A stretch of DNA of 64,000 bases, taken from the NCBI GenBank assembly GCA_049324575.1, contig JBMONI010000024.1, positions 53,144 through 117,143 of the forward strand. The letters run 5' to 3'. The translations under genes were made by a program, and so were the position numbers. Below, one piece after another: positions 7,860 to 18,905 of this stretch (the first letter of the stretch is position 1; each line of letters starts with the position of its first letter). The notes beneath the pieces are model-generated. The model was not told the DNA's origin and did not search any database. It saw only the letters and a list, made by a program, of their open reading frames with translations. The DNA comes from Candidatus Omnitrophota bacterium (GTDB taxonomy: Bacteria > Omnitrophota > Omnitrophia > Omnitrophales > Aquincolibacteriaceae).

Positions 7860-10559
7860 CTACCGCCACTTTCCCCGGTTAAAGAGCCTTGGAAATAGGA
7901 TTTTACGGAATGTTTCGATAAGGAAAATAGCCAGCCCAGGCGCAATCGCCATCCCCCATTCCGTGAGGTTCAAAGGAACCGCATAGAACACCGCTCGAAG
8001 CGGCGGCCAGTAAACAACCGCAAGCTGCAGCCCGATCGCCACAAGGATCGAGAAGAGCAACGCCCGGTTCTTGAAAAGACCGAGCCGAAAGATCGTGATC
8101 TCATCCGAGCGGGCATTCAGCGCAACGAACCATTCGAAAACAACGATGCCGCAAAAAGCGATCATCCGCGCTTCTGCCAGATCGTAAGAACGGAGCGCCC
8201 ACGAAAAGATCGCAAAAACTCCGAGGGCCAGCATCCCGGAAAGGAAAAAAATCCGCATGAGCATTCCCGGATAGATCAGACCCACCTTGGGGTCCCGGGG
8301 CGGATGCAAAAGCTCCGAACCTGTTTTGGGCTCCAATCCAAGGGGGATCGCAAGCATCGCCCCCGTAACAAGATTTACCCAGAGGATCTGGATCGGAAGC
8401 AAGGGCGCTTCTCCCAGGAAAAGCACCGTAAGCATGAGAGCGCACAATTCCCCGAAGCAGGTCGTCAGCTGAAAAAAGATCGCGTTGCGCAGCCGGTTGA
8501 ATATCACGCGCCCTTCTTCAACGGCCGCCACGATCGAAGCGAAATTGTCATCGGCCAGCACCACATCCGAAGCTTCCTTCGCAACATCGGTCCCCGTGAT
8601 CCCCATTGATATCCCAATATCAGCCGCTTCAAGAGCCGGCGCGTCGTTAACGCCATCCCCGGTCATGGCAACCACATGTGAACGGCGTTTCAAGGCTTCG
8701 ACGATCCGCAGCTTGTGAAGAGGTTCGATCCGGGCAAAGATAGACGCCTCTTCGATCTTCCGGTCCAGGTCTTCATCTTTCATCGCCGCAAGCTCGACCC
8801 CGCTGATCACTTCCGCGGAGGGGATCTCAAGTTGGGCACCGATCGCGCGAGCTGTGTCCTTATTGTCCCCGGTCGCCATCAGGACCCGGACACCTGCTTT
8901 TCGACATACGGCGATCGCTTTTTTCGCCTCCTCGCGGGGCGGATCGATCATGCCGAAAAGTCCGACAAAAACAAGCCGGCCGAGAAAATCCTGCTCAGTA
9001 AACCTTTCAGCGCCGCCCGGATAATCCTCTGCATACGCGACCGCCAGGACCCGCATCGCCTCGTTTGCCATCGCTTCCTGTGCTTTGACAATGCGCTCGC
9101 GGGCTTTTTGCTCCAACGGCTCCGAACCGCCGCGATACGCCACCCTGCCGCAAAGAGGGAGGATCTTTTCCGGCGCCCCTTTAACGCAAATGATCTTTTT
9201 ATCCTGGTCTATATGCAATGTCGCCATGTATTGGCGTTCGCTCTGGAATGGGATCTCGCCGATCCGGGGGGCCGTCTTGTCCAGAGATTCTTTCCGGATC
9301 CCCGCTTTGAGGGCGAGCACCAGCAAAGCCCCTTCGGTCGGATCCCCGAGAATGCATCCCTTCTGGCAATCGGCCATAAAAACCGCATCATTGCAAAGCA
9401 CGCTTGCGCGAAGCATCTTCATCAGGACCGGTTCCGAGAGAGGCTCGATCGGCCGCTCCTCGTGGAGAAACCGGCCCTCCGTTCTTTCCCCGATCCCTGT
9501 CACCTCCATCCAACGATCCTCAAGATAAAGTTTAGTCACGGTCATTTGATTGAGGGTCAGGGTCCCGGTCTTATCCGAGCAAATGACAGTCGCCGCCCCC
9601 AAGGTCTCCACCGCCGCCAGATTCCTCGCTACCGCATTGCGTTGAGCCATTTTGCTCATCCCCGCCGCCAGGACCACAGTAACCACCGCCGGCAATCCCT
9701 CCGGAATAGCCGAGACCGCGGCGGCAACCGCGAGAAGAAAAACATCGAGCCAATCCATGCCTCGGCTCAACCCAATGATCTTAAGCAGAACAACCGCGAA
9801 AAGCACGATCCCGAGCAGTGAGTTCCCGAGCGCATGAATGCTCCGCTGAAGCGGAGTTTTCTGGGTCTTGATCTGATGGAGTGCGGAGGATATTTTCCCG
9901 ATCTCGGTCTGCATCCCGGTGGCGGTGACGACCGCGATTGCCCTGCCGTAAGTCACAACAGTCCCCATAAAGACCATGTTCTTCCGGTCCGCGAGAGTAA
10001 GTTCATTCGCCAAAACCGCCGTGTGTTTATCTACGGGGATCGGCTCTCCCGTCAAGGCGGATTCGTTGACCTTCAATTCGAAATTTTCGATCAAACGGGC
10101 GTCCGTGGGGACTTTATCGCCCGTTTCGAGCAAGAGGATATCCCCGGGCACAATATCCCTGGAACTGACCGAAGTCGCGTTGCCTCCGCGCCGCACCTTG
10201 GCTTTCGGAACGGTCAACTCCAGGAGAGCTCCCATGGCTTTTTCGGCACGGAATTCCTGAATGAAGCCTACGCCGGCCATGATGAAGATCGCAATCAAGA
10301 TACTGGCCGCATCCAAAAGGCCTTTAAAAAAGAATTTGATCCCGGCCGCGATCAGCAAAAGATAAACGAGAGGATTCAGGAATTGTTTGATGAGAAGAAC
10401 TGCCGCAGAGGCTTTACGCCGCAGGGTGAGCTCATTCGGCCCGAACTCCTTTAGCCGTTCCCCCGCCTGAACTGGAGAAAGACCTTCCGGCGCCGTCTGA
10501 AGGACCTCTAAGGCTTTTTCCGCAGCGATTTGATAGAAGGGCTTTTCCGGATCAGCCAT
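7860..10559 (-). CDS. Cation-transporting P-type ATPase (type II, Ca2+/PacL-like)
   Basis: DKTGTLT phosphorylation motif, PEGL, KGAPE, DPPR, TGD, MTGDGVNDAPAL; about 10 TM segments. Start ATG 10559 or TTG 10574. Confidence 0.93.
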   Translation of the reverse strand: MADPEKPFYQIAAEKALEVLQTAPEGLSPVQAGERLKEFGPNELTLRRKASAAVLLIKQFLNPLVYLLLIAAGIKFFFKGLLDAASILIAIFIMAGVGFIQEFRAEKAMGALLELTVPKAKVRRGGNATSVSSRDIVPGDILLLETGDKVPTDARLIENFELKVNESALTGEPIPVDKHTAVLANELTLADRKNMVFMGTVVTYGRAIAVVTATGMQTEIGKISSALHQIKTQKTPLQRSIHALGNSLLGIVLFAVVLLKIIGLSRGMDWLDVFLLAVAAAVSAIPEGLPAVVTVVLAAGMSKMAQRNAVARNLAAVETLGAATVICSDKTGTLTLNQMTVTKLYLEDRWMEVTGIGERTEGRFLHEERPIEPLSEPVLMKMLRASVLCNDAVFMADCQKGCILGDPTEGALLVLALKAGIRKESLDKTAPRIGEIPFQSERQYMATLHIDQDKKIICVKGAPEKILPLCGRVAYRGGSEPLEQKARERIVKAQEAMANEAMRVLAVAYAEDYPGGAERFTEQDFLGRLVFVGLFGMIDPPREEAKKAIAVCRKAGVRVLMATGDNKDTARAIGAQLEIPSAEVISGVELAAMKDEDLDRKIEEASIFARIEPLHKLRIVEALKRRSHVVAMTGDGVNDAPALEAADIGISMGITGTDVAKEASDVVLADDNFASIVAAVEEGRVIFNRLRNAIFFQLTTCFGELCALMLTVLFLGEAPLLPIQILWVNLVTGAMLAIPLGLEPKTGSELLHPPRDPKVGLIYPGMLMRIFFLSGMLALGVFAIFSWALRSYDLAEARMIAFCGIVVFEWFVALNARSDEITIFRLGLFKNRALLFSILVAIGLQLAVVYWPPLRAVFYAVPLNLTEWGMAIAPGLAIFLIETFRKILFPRLFNRGKWR

Positions 10560-10617
10560 ATTTGATTTTAGCAAAAAACGCTTCTGGGCCGCAACTTGTC
10601 TTGCTCTCCGAGCGGTT

Positions 10618-12468
10618 TCAGGTCCGGCTATAGCCGCGGGCTTTGGCCTTGCGTTCGTTCTCGGTGAGGTAGCGTTTTCTCAGGCGGACATTCTTCGGAG
10701 TGATCTCGACCAGTTCATCCTTCTCGATGAACTCCAGCGCAAATTCCAGCGTCATTTCGCGGGGCGGAATAAGACGGATCGCCTCGTCGGAGCCTGCCGC
10801 GCGCATATTGGTCAGCTTTTTCTCGCGAATCGCGTTCACGACCAGGTCCGGCCCCTTATTATTAACCCCCACGATCATGCCCTCATAGAGATCGTCCCCG
10901 GGTTGTACAAAGATTTCCCCGCGTTCCTGAAGGCCCCAAAGCGCATACGCCACGGCACATCCTCCGGTCTGCGAGATCAACACGCCGACCTGCCGTTCGG
11001 GGATTTCGCCCTTGTATTTTTGGTAATCGAAAAAATTCTGACACATCACCCCCGTCCCCCGGGTCAAGAGCATCAATTCACTGCGGAACCCCAAAAGCCC
11101 CCGGGACGGGATCAGAAACTCCATGCGGATCGTTCCCACTGCGCTCGTAATCATATTTTTCATTTCGGCCTTGCGCGTCCCCAGGGCTTCGATCACGGCG
11201 CCCTGATATCCCGGATCGACCTCGATGACGACCTCCTCGACCGGCTCCAGACGCTCCCCATCCTCGATCTTCATGATGACCTCCGGACGGGAAACCTCGA
11301 GTTCATAACCCTCACGGCGCATGGTTTCGATCAGGATGGAAAGATGGAGTTCGCCCCGTCCGGACACTTTGAAGCGCTCCTCGCCCGGCACGGCTTCGAT
11401 ACGGATCCCGACATTCATCATGGCCTCATGCATCAAGCGCTCCCGGATATGGCGCGAAGTCAGGAACCTTCCCCCGTCCCGTCCTGCCAGGGGGCTCGTA
11501 TTGTGAGCGAAATTCATCGAAATGGTCGGCTCATCGATCTTGACCGCAGGGATCGCCTCGGGTTTCTCGGGCGAAGCCAGCGTATCGGCGACATGCACTT
11601 CCGAAAAACCCGTGATCGACGCAATGTCTCCCGCTTCCACCGATTCCGCCTCCACCCGTTTGAGGCCGCGGTACTTCAGGATCTTCGTCACCTTGCCCCG
11701 CTCCGTACTCCCATCGCGTTTGAGCACGATCAGCGGATCGCCGACTTTGACCTTCCCGTGGAAGATCCTCCCGATCGCCATACGGCCGACATACGAATCG
11801 TAATCCAGCATGGTCACCAGCATCTGGAACGGCTGATCGGGATCCGCGACCGGGGGAAGGACCCGGTGCAAAATAGTGTCCAGCAAGGGCTTCATGGAGA
11901 TCGACGGTTCGTCGGGCTCGAGGGAAGCCCAGCCTTCTTTGGCTGAGGCATAAACGATGGGGAAATCCAGCTGATCGTCATTAGCATTCAACTCGCAGAA
12001 AAGATCGAAGGTCATATCGACCACTTCGTGTGGCCGCGCATTCGGCCGGTCCACTTTGTTGACGACCAGGATCGGCTTCAGATGCAATTCGAGCGATTTG
12101 CGGAGCACGAATTTGGTCTGCGGCATCGGGCCATCGAAAGCGTCCACGAGCAGCAACACGCCGTCCACCATTTTCAGAACGCGTTCCACCTCGCTTCCGA
12201 AATCCGCGTGACCGGGCGTATCGACGATATTGAAAAGCGTGTTCTTATAAACAAACGACGCGTTTTTGGAAAAGATCGTGATCCCGCGCTCCTTTTCGAT
12301 GGGATTCGAGTCCATGACGGTGACTTCGCCGTCTTTGAATTCATGGGCCCCCGACTGTTTCAGGAGCGCATCGACCAGCGTGGTCTTTCCGTGGTCGACA
12401 TGCGCCACGATCGCGATATTGCGGACATCTTTTCTGCGTTTTTGGTTCGGCATAAGGTTTCCGGCCAT
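10618..12468 (-). CDS. typA: Translational GTPase TypA/BipA
   Basis: [62 protein letters not shown]. Confidence 0.97.
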   Translation of the reverse strand: MAGNLMPNQKRRKDVRNIAIVAHVDHGKTTLVDALLKQSGAHEFKDGEVTVMDSNPIEKERGITIFSKNASFVYKNTLFNIVDTPGHADFGSEVERVLKMVDGVLLLVDAFDGPMPQTKFVLRKSLELHLKPILVVNKVDRPNARPHEVVDMTFDLFCELNANDDQLDFPIVYASAKEGWASLEPDEPSISMKPLLDTILHRVLPPVADPDQPFQMLVTMLDYDSYVGRMAIGRIFHGKVKVGDPLIVLKRDGSTERGKVTKILKYRGLKRVEAESVEAGDIASITGFSEVHVADTLASPEKPEAIPAVKIDEPTISMNFAHNTSPLAGRDGGRFLTSRHIRERLMHEAMMNVGIRIEAVPGEERFKVSGRGELHLSILIETMRREGYELEVSRPEVIMKIEDGERLEPVEEVVIEVDPGYQGAVIEALGTRKAEMKNMITSAVGTIRMEFLIPSRGLLGFRSELMLLTRGTGVMCQNFFDYQKYKGEIPERQVGVLISQTGGCAVAYALWGLQERGEIFVQPGDDLYEGMIVGVNNKGPDLVVNAIREKKLTNMRAAGSDEAIRLIPPREMTLEFALEFIEKDELVEITPKNVRLRKRYLTENERKAKARGYSRT

Positions 12469-12563
12469 TCGCAGGCCTCGATCGCTTCAAAAGAGGGCCT
12501 ATACTGAAGGGGAAAAGGGGCTTTAGCAAGACCTAAATCCAGCACGCTCCGAACGTCGCTGGC

Positions 12564-13226
12564 TTAATCAGAATGATGGCGGACTTCCTTGCCTTCCTTG
12601 AGGTAGATGACATCCTCCGCGATATTATTGGCAAGATCGCCGATCCGTTCCAGATTATGCCCGATCATCACGATATTCATTCCGGCCTTCACGATGGAGG
12701 GGTCTTTCTGCATCTTTTCGTTCACCTCGATATAGATCGCATCATTCAATCCATCGACCTCATCATCGCTCGCCAAGACACGCTGAGCCCGCTCCACATC
12801 CTCATTGATGAAGGCATCCAGCGCTTCGCGCAACATTCGCTGAGAAGCCGCTGCCATATCGGTCAAATAAGTGTCTTCAACTTTTTTCATGGGCGGATCG
12901 CCGATCAAGCGGATCGCGCGCTCCGCGATATTGACCGCATGGTCCCCGATCCTCTCAAGGTCCGTATTGATCTTGAGGATCATGGTGATGAGCCGAAGAT
13001 CGACGGCCATCGGCTGTCCGAGCGCAAGAAGGTTGTGCCCTTTATCGTCGATCTCGATCTCAAGGCGGTTCGTTTCTTTCTCCAGGCGAAACGCTTCCTC
13101 CGCCAGCTTGCGATCCCGAAGCAACACCGCCCGAGCCGCTTTTTCAATCGCCTCTTCTGCGAGAAGCCCCATGCGCAGAAGTTCCTGTTTCAATGCTTTC
13201 AACTCGTCGTGAAAATGGCGTCTCAT
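12564..13226 (-). CDS. phoU: Phosphate signalling protein PhoU
   Basis: QPMAVDLR, DLERIGDHAVNIAE and LERIGDLANNIAEDVIY repeats; last gene of the pst operon. Confidence 0.96.
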   Translation of the reverse strand: MRRHFHDELKALKQELLRMGLLAEEAIEKAARAVLLRDRKLAEEAFRLEKETNRLEIEIDDKGHNLLALGQPMAVDLRLITMILKINTDLERIGDHAVNIAERAIRLIGDPPMKKVEDTYLTDMAAASQRMLREALDAFINEDVERAQRVLASDDEVDGLNDAIYIEVNEKMQKDPSIVKAGMNIVMIGHNLERIGDLANNIAEDVIYLKEGKEVRHHSD

Positions 13227-13240
13227 CGTCAGCTCCCCCC

Positions 13241-14110
13241 TTATCCGAAGCGTCCGGTAATATAGTCTTCGGTCTCTTTTTTATCCGGCTTGGTAAAGAT
13301 CTTAGGGGTCTCGCCACATTCTATCAAAGACCCCAAATAAAAAAAGGCCGTATAATCGCTTACGCGCGCCGCCTGCTGCATGTTATGGGTGACGATCACG
13401 ATCGTGTAGTTTTTTTTCAGATCGTGGATCAATTCCTCGATCTTGGCGGTCGAGCTGGGATCCAGTGCCGAGGCCGGCTCATCCATTAAAACGATCTCCG
13501 GATTGACGGCCAACACCCGCGCGATACAAAGCCGCTGTTGTTGTCCTCCGGAAAGCTCCAAAGCCGGTTTATCCAAACGGTCTTTGACCTCTTCCCAAAG
13601 CGCGGCCCGTTTCAGACTTTCCTCCGTGACCTGGTCCAGCACCACTTTGTCCCGGATCCCATGCAGTCGCGGACCGTAGGTCACATTATCATAAATGCTT
13701 TTCGGGAACGGATTAGATTTCTGGAAAACCATCCCGACCAGCCTCCGCAACTGAACCACGTTGATCTCAGGAGCATAGATATTCACGCCCTCGATCGTCA
13801 CCGTGCCTTCGGTGCGGACTTTGGGCAGCGTATCGTTCATACGGTTCAACGCCCGAAGGAACGTGGATTTACCGCATCCGGAAGGACCGATCAAAGCCGT
13901 AACCGACCGGTCCCGGATATCCAGCTCAACGGATTTCAGCGCCCGCACTTCGCCATAGTAAACGTTCAGATCCCGGATGGAGATCTTCACCGGAGGCCGC
14001 TCCCTGGGCATAAGATCGGCTCCGTTCTGTATTTCAGTCTTGACCGGACTTCTGTTCATGATCGTCAACTCCTCCCCTTGTTCGATATCCAGATCGTCCC
14101 TAACCTGCAT
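13241..14110 (-). CDS. pstB: Phosphate ABC transporter ATPase PstB
   Basis: [56 protein letters not shown]. Confidence 0.97.
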   Translation of the reverse strand: MQVRDDLDIEQGEELTIMNRSPVKTEIQNGADLMPRERPPVKISIRDLNVYYGEVRALKSVELDIRDRSVTALIGPSGCGKSTFLRALNRMNDTLPKVRTEGTVTIEGVNIYAPEINVVQLRRLVGMVFQKSNPFPKSIYDNVTYGPRLHGIRDKVVLDQVTEESLKRAALWEEVKDRLDKPALELSGGQQQRLCIARVLAVNPEIVLMDEPASALDPSSTAKIEELIHDLKKNYTIVIVTHNMQQAARVSDYTAFFYLGSLIECGETPKIFTKPDKKETEDYITGRFG

Positions 14111-14209
14111 AGGCGTCTCCCTGATTGTTATGGATCAAATGAATGAAGCCACCCTTGCCGAAGAAGCTTAGGGAGGAAAGCTCCTCCAGCAAGGTTTTGG
14201 GGCAGTGTT

Positions 14210-15190
14210 TCATTGGAGCGAGACCTGCCCTGATCTCTTTCGGAAATGGATCCGCAACATGATTGCTCCCAAGTTAAGCAGAAACGTCAATGCGATCAAA
14301 ACCAAAGTCGTCCCGTATTGTAGCGGAAGCGTCTTTTCCGCATCGGTCGACTGAGTCGCCATGATAAAAATATGATACGAAAGCTCCATGAACTGATCGA
14401 AGGGATTGATCATGGGAATGAATCCAAAAAGCTTGACCATCGGAAGGCGGGGAAGGAAATAAGCGCATCCCGTAAAAAGGATCGGAGCCGTTTCCCCCGC
14501 CCCGCGACTGATCGAAAGGATGGCGCCCGTCAAAATCCCGCCGCGCGCCTGGGGAAGAACGACATCGCGGATCGTCTGCCACTTGGTCGCGCCTAAAGCG
14601 ATCGAGGCGGCCCGTTGACTTTGCGGAACGGCATTCAAGGCTTCCTCCGTGGACACGATGATCACCGGCAAGACGAGCACCGCTAGCGTCGCCGCAGCCC
14701 ATAGCATGCAAGGTTGGCCAAACAAGAGGCCGGTTTGGAGCACTTGGTCGAGGTTCTTTCCGACGAAGAGGATGAAAAAACCCACACCAAAAAGACCGAA
14801 TACGATTGAAGGAACTCCCGCGAGGTTGTTCACCGCCGCACGAATGATCCTGAAAACGATCCCCTTTCCCGCATATTCCACCAGATAGATCGCGGCCCCG
14901 ACCCCGATCGGAAGCGCCAAAAGGATCATCATCACCGTAATGGCCAAGGTCCCGAAAATGCAGGGAAAGATCCCTCCCTGGGTCATCCCTTCCACCGGCG
15001 CCTGGGTCAGGAATTCCCATGTCACCGTGCGATGCCCCAGCAGGAAAATCTTCCCCATGATAAAGATCAACGCGATCAAGGGAATGGCCGCGAAAATACG
15101 CACAACGGTTTCAAGGACCGCCTCTCCCAAATGGAAGCGCCGCATCCTCAGATCAGAAACCGCGATCACGGAAGCAAGGCTCATGGTCAC
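14210..15190 (-). CDS. pstA: Phosphate ABC transporter permease PstA
   Basis: NLAGVPSIVFGLFG, ALGATKWQTI, SRGAGETAP; GTGA overlap with pstC. Confidence 0.95.
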   Translation of the reverse strand: MTMSLASVIAVSDLRMRRFHLGEAVLETVVRIFAAIPLIALIFIMGKIFLLGHRTVTWEFLTQAPVEGMTQGGIFPCIFGTLAITVMMILLALPIGVGAAIYLVEYAGKGIVFRIIRAAVNNLAGVPSIVFGLFGVGFFILFVGKNLDQVLQTGLLFGQPCMLWAAATLAVLVLPVIIVSTEEALNAVPQSQRAASIALGATKWQTIRDVVLPQARGGILTGAILSISRGAGETAPILFTGCAYFLPRLPMVKLFGFIPMINPFDQFMELSYHIFIMATQSTDAEKTLPLQYGTTLVLIALTFLLNLGAIMLRIHFRKRSGQVSLQ

Positions 15191-16080
15191 ATCCTCAACC
15201 GGCCGCGCATCCGGTTCAAAATAAGTTCAGAGACAAGATTGACGAAGAAGGTCAGCGTAAAAAGGACCGCCCCCACAACAAAGAGAGCATAGTAGTGTTC
15301 CGTATCGCGCGCGACCGCACCCAATTCGGCCGCGATATTGGCGGTCATGGTCCTGACGCTCGAAAAAATATTACCGGTCACGAGCGCGGCATTCCCGGTG
15401 GCCATCACCACGATCATGGTCTCGCCCAAGGCCCGCCCGAACCCAAGAATGACCGCCGCCGAGATCCCCGAGACGGCGGCCGGCACCACGGTCCCCCAGA
15501 TCGTCTGCCATTTTGTCGCCCCCAGAGCGAGTGACGCATCTCGAAGTTCCTTGGGAACCGCCCTGAGCGCATCTTCGGAGATCGTAATGATGATCGGGAG
15601 GACCGCAAGCGCGACTCCCAGAGCCCCTACAAACGCGTTGAGGCGGAAGCGTGTATGAAAAACATGTTGGACGAAACTGGCCACCACGGCGAGCATGAAG
15701 AATCCGAGGACCACGGACGGAATGCCGGCCAGCAGTTCCAGGGTCGGTTTCAGAGTCTCGCGGACCTTCGGAGAAGCGATCTCGGCAAGATAGATCGCGG
15801 TCCCGATCCCGAAGACCGACGCCATCAGGGTCGCCGGAAGCGCGACGAGAAAACTCCCGCAAAAAAGCGGGACCAGCGAATATTTGGGGACTTCCGAAAC
15901 GGCCTGCCACATCAGTTTAAAGACATTCCTTTCCTCCCATTCATCGAAAACCCATTTTCCGACGAGATCGAGCGGGCTGGCCGTCTTGAAAAAGAAAACC
16001 GCTTCTTTGAAAAGAAAAATAAAAATCAAAGCAATAATAAGGACCGAAGAAATGCCGGCCACCACAAAAAAACGTTCCAT
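15187..16080 (-). CDS. pstC: Phosphate ABC transporter permease PstC (start uncertain: 16080, 16191 or 16248)
   Basis: ELLAGIPSVVLG, SEDALRAVP, ALGATKWQT, GRALGETM. Confidence 0.93.
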   Translation of the reverse strand: MERFFVVAGISSVLIIALIFIFLFKEAVFFFKTASPLDLVGKWVFDEWEERNVFKLMWQAVSEVPKYSLVPLFCGSFLVALPATLMASVFGIGTAIYLAEIASPKVRETLKPTLELLAGIPSVVLGFFMLAVVASFVQHVFHTRFRLNAFVGALGVALAVLPIIITISEDALRAVPKELRDASLALGATKWQTIWGTVVPAAVSGISAAVILGFGRALGETMIVVMATGNAALVTGNIFSSVRTMTANIAAELGAVARDTEHYYALFVVGAVLFTLTFFVNLVSELILNRMRGRLRM

Positions 16081-16136
16081 CGCCCATTCCCCCGGAAGCA
16101 CCTCTTTCTTTCCGAGAAAGGTCCGGACACGAGACG

Positions 16137-16161
16137 GCCCCCCCCCCGCTCCGGGGGGGGC
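16137..16161 (-). other. G/C homopolymer stem-loop between pstS and pstC
   Basis: + strand g-C10-gctcc-G8-c forms a 9-bp G-C stem about 50 bp after the pstS stop. Confidence 0.55.
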
Positions 16162-16207
16162 TTCCCGCTTCGACTCGTTTCTGTGGATCATAAGATTCAC
16201 CGGCTTT

Positions 16208-17080
16208 TTACGAGGTTTTGAGAGGAATATATCCGACCTCTTCAACAACCTGCTGACCTTCGGCGCTCAGGATCCAATCCATGTATTGCTTGATCTTCCC
16301 TTTGGGTTTAAACCCGGAATACATGTAGAGATATCGCGCGATCGGGTAACGTCCCGACCAAGCCGCTTCATAGTCCAGCTTTCCATCGGCTTTAACGGGG
16401 TTCACCGCCGGCGACTGATCATCTTTTTTCACCGAAAGGATCCTGAGCTGCGACTGGCCGACAAAGTAAGCCGCCCCCCCGTAGCCGATCCCGCCGGCAT
16501 CTTTACTGACGGCATTCGTGACCGCGCTAGTGCCGGGCATGGTCTGGCAATCCGGCGCGTAATCCTGGTTCTTCAGAACATGTTCCTTGAAGAACACGTA
16601 GGTGCCGCTATTGGATTCACGGCAATAGCGCAGGATCGGAGCGTCACTGCCTCCGACTTCTTTCCAATTATTGATCTTGCCGGCGTAGATCCCCATCAGC
16701 TGTTTCATGGTTAGTTCCGCTACGGGATTGTCGGCATGGACGACCACAGCAAGGCTATCGAATGCCACCTTGAACTCCTCGGGATAATAGCCCGCCTGCT
16801 TGGCCTTATCTATTTCCGACGATTTGATGGGGCGGGATGCGTTGGCAAGATCCGTCGTTCCGTTGATCAAGGCCGCGATCCCGGTCCCGGAACCGCCGCC
16901 TGTCACCTGGATCGCCACATCCGGGTTCTTCTGCATGTACTTCTCGGCCCATCGCTGGCCAAGGATCACGATCGTGTCCGATCCTTTCACGGTGATATTA
17001 TCCGCGGCCCAAGCCAAGGATGCGAATGGCAGCAGGACCGCCAAACCGGCCATGATTGATTTTACGATGTTCTTTTTCAT
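16208..17080 (-). CDS. pstS: Phosphate-binding protein PstS
   Basis: GGAGG RBS before ATG 17080, signal peptide, KGSDT, GGGSGTGIAALING, ANASR, RESNSGTY, YPIARYLYMY. Confidence 0.95.
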   Translation of the reverse strand: MKKNIVKSIMAGLAVLLPFASLAWAADNITVKGSDTIVILGQRWAEKYMQKNPDVAIQVTGGGSGTGIAALINGTTDLANASRPIKSSEIDKAKQAGYYPEEFKVAFDSLAVVVHADNPVAELTMKQLMGIYAGKINNWKEVGGSDAPILRYCRESNSGTYVFFKEHVLKNQDYAPDCQTMPGTSAVTNAVSKDAGGIGYGGAAYFVGQSQLRILSVKKDDQSPAVNPVKADGKLDYEAAWSGRYPIARYLYMYSGFKPKGKIKQYMDWILSAEGQQVVEEVGYIPLKTS

Positions 17081-17114
17081 TGGATATTTCCTCCGTTCGC
17101 TATTTGATACTGCG

Positions 17115-18563
17115 TTAGAACTTCCAGACCAGGTCCATCTGGAACCGCCGGGTCTCTTCATCGCGAACCCCGGCCGTTCCCGTCGTCAGATTATTGACGA
17201 AGAAAGCCGCCGCATTGAGTGAGAGAAAATCCGTCAGCCCGTAGCCCGCCTTAAAAACACTGCCGCGCTTATTCGAATGCCCGGTGCCAAAATCGCTGTC
17301 ATTGAAAGCCCCGACCACGGAATTGGCCTCGATCCGTTTGTAGGCATAGCTGAGCTCCCAGTCGCCTTTCTTCTGGATACCGCCGACCTTCGTGCCGAGT
17401 GCCCAGGCCAGGCCTTCGTCATACTGTGTGTTCGCGGAATCCGCCGTCGTATTCACCGCCACGTCAAAATACGGCCGGAGAGGCACCCCCATCGGATAAA
17501 ACGCCAACTCGTTGTAGGACTCGATCACGTTGAACCGGGAATCCAGGCTTCCGGTCACGCCGTCGTAATTGGAGTTCCCGCGAGCCAGTGACGTTGTCCC
17601 GATAAGGTAATTGCCGTTCAAATGATAGTCGTTGTAGTTATAGAACGAGAAAGCGCTGAGAAAATCGATCGGCCGTTCCATGAAGGGCGTATAAGCGATG
17701 GCATTGACCCCGACCTGGAAGGCATACAGTTCCGCGTCAGCATCGTCCGAAGCCGCGGTATCCTCATCCAGCACGAACTGCCCCGCCAAACCGTACGCGT
17801 TGATATCGATCTCCTCTCCGTCCAGGACATTCAGATCGATCTTCTCGTAAACGCCTTCCGGCTTCACGTCACGGTCCCAGATCATGTCCGACGAACCTTT
17901 TTCGAAGGGATTATCGAATTTACCACCCGCGATCGTGACTTTTTCGATCGGGCCCACCTGCATGAATTTCGGACTGTATTTCGCATAGGCCTTCTCGATC
18001 ATGATGTCCTTGAAATTGAACAGATTGTCAAACGTCGCATTGGTAGAGGTCGGATCGACGTTCGTCCCCGAAGAGGTCGCCCCGGAGGCCAGCGCGAAAC
18101 CCACGTCCATCTCATCGCTCAGTTTCTTCTCAAATCCAAAACGAAGGCGGAAACGAAACCGGTTCTGAGAATCGCTTTCCGCGGTCGTCCCGTTGGTATA
18201 GTCGAACGCTTCGTAGCGAAGGCGGAGATCCCCTTTGAACTTCAGGTCCTTCAGCCATTTATTGGCGCCGCCAAGCGCATTCCCTAGACGTTCGTTGAAT
18301 TCGTAATCCGACATGGGCGGAGTCGCCTCTCCGGAAGCCGGAGCCGCCATTTGAACATTGCCGCCCTGGATCTGGCGAAGTTTATCGTCCTGCTTTGCGA
18401 TTGTGGCATTTTGCTGTGCGATCGTCTTCTGCATGTCTGTGATCTGCTTCTGCAGATCATTGATCATGCCGGCGATCTGGCCCTCATCCGCGCGGAGAAG
18501 ACCTCCCCCCAACATACTGAGGAGCGTCAACGCGCCCACGAACATGATTGCATTCGGTTTCAT
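17115..18563 (-). CDS. Putative phosphate-regulated porin with N-terminal coiled coil
   Basis: GGAGG RBS, signal peptide, coiled coil, GDLRLRYE, RFRFRLR, WDRDVKPEG, C-terminal QMDLVWKF; first gene of the pst operon. Confidence 0.85.
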   Translation of the reverse strand: MKPNAIMFVGALTLLSMLGGGLLRADEGQIAGMINDLQKQITDMQKTIAQQNATIAKQDDKLRQIQGGNVQMAAPASGEATPPMSDYEFNERLGNALGGANKWLKDLKFKGDLRLRYEAFDYTNGTTAESDSQNRFRFRLRFGFEKKLSDEMDVGFALASGATSSGTNVDPTSTNATFDNLFNFKDIMIEKAYAKYSPKFMQVGPIEKVTIAGGKFDNPFEKGSSDMIWDRDVKPEGVYEKIDLNVLDGEEIDINAYGLAGQFVLDEDTAASDDADAELYAFQVGVNAIAYTPFMERPIDFLSAFSFYNYNDYHLNGNYLIGTTSLARGNSNYDGVTGSLDSRFNVIESYNELAFYPMGVPLRPYFDVAVNTTADSANTQYDEGLAWALGTKVGGIQKKGDWELSYAYKRIEANSVVGAFNDSDFGTGHSNKRGSVFKAGYGLTDFLSLNAAAFFVNNLTTGTAGVRDEETRRFQMDLVWKF

Positions 18564-18703
18564 AAGATTTCCCTCCAATGAGATTGTCGCTTTGGTCATG
18601 GTTGCCCGCCTTCAAGAGACTTAAACGGCTTCTGCAAACGATCTTCGAATATCTTCGAAGACACGGTTAGCTTAGATCCCTCATGTCTGAGGAAAATGAA
18701 GGC

Positions 18704-18722
18704 CAAGTAAAATCTGTGTAAA
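18704..18722 (-). promoter_or_regulatory. Candidate Pho box upstream of porin-pstSCAB-phoU
   Basis: Minus strand TTTACA-cagat-TTTACTTG, a direct repeat with 11-bp period; matches the site upstream of phoB. Confidence 0.7.
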
Positions 18723-18905
18723 GGAAAAGGCGAAACGAAGCTGTCCCGCGCCGCAGGAAGGAAGAATCAAAATATGCCCGCAGGAGAAAGCGTAGGGTCC
18801 TTTGAAGAGGCCAAGGCCTCCCTTGGCATGTTCAAGGCAAAATTGGGCTCACACGTCCGTTCGAGGACGTCGAGGCTGGCTTTCAAACGAGGGAGAGAAA
18901 TTTGA

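Noticed and set aside
10030-10065. TGEP instead of TGES in the P-type ATPase
   Set aside because: The catalytic TGE is intact and the variant occurs in other P-type ATPases.
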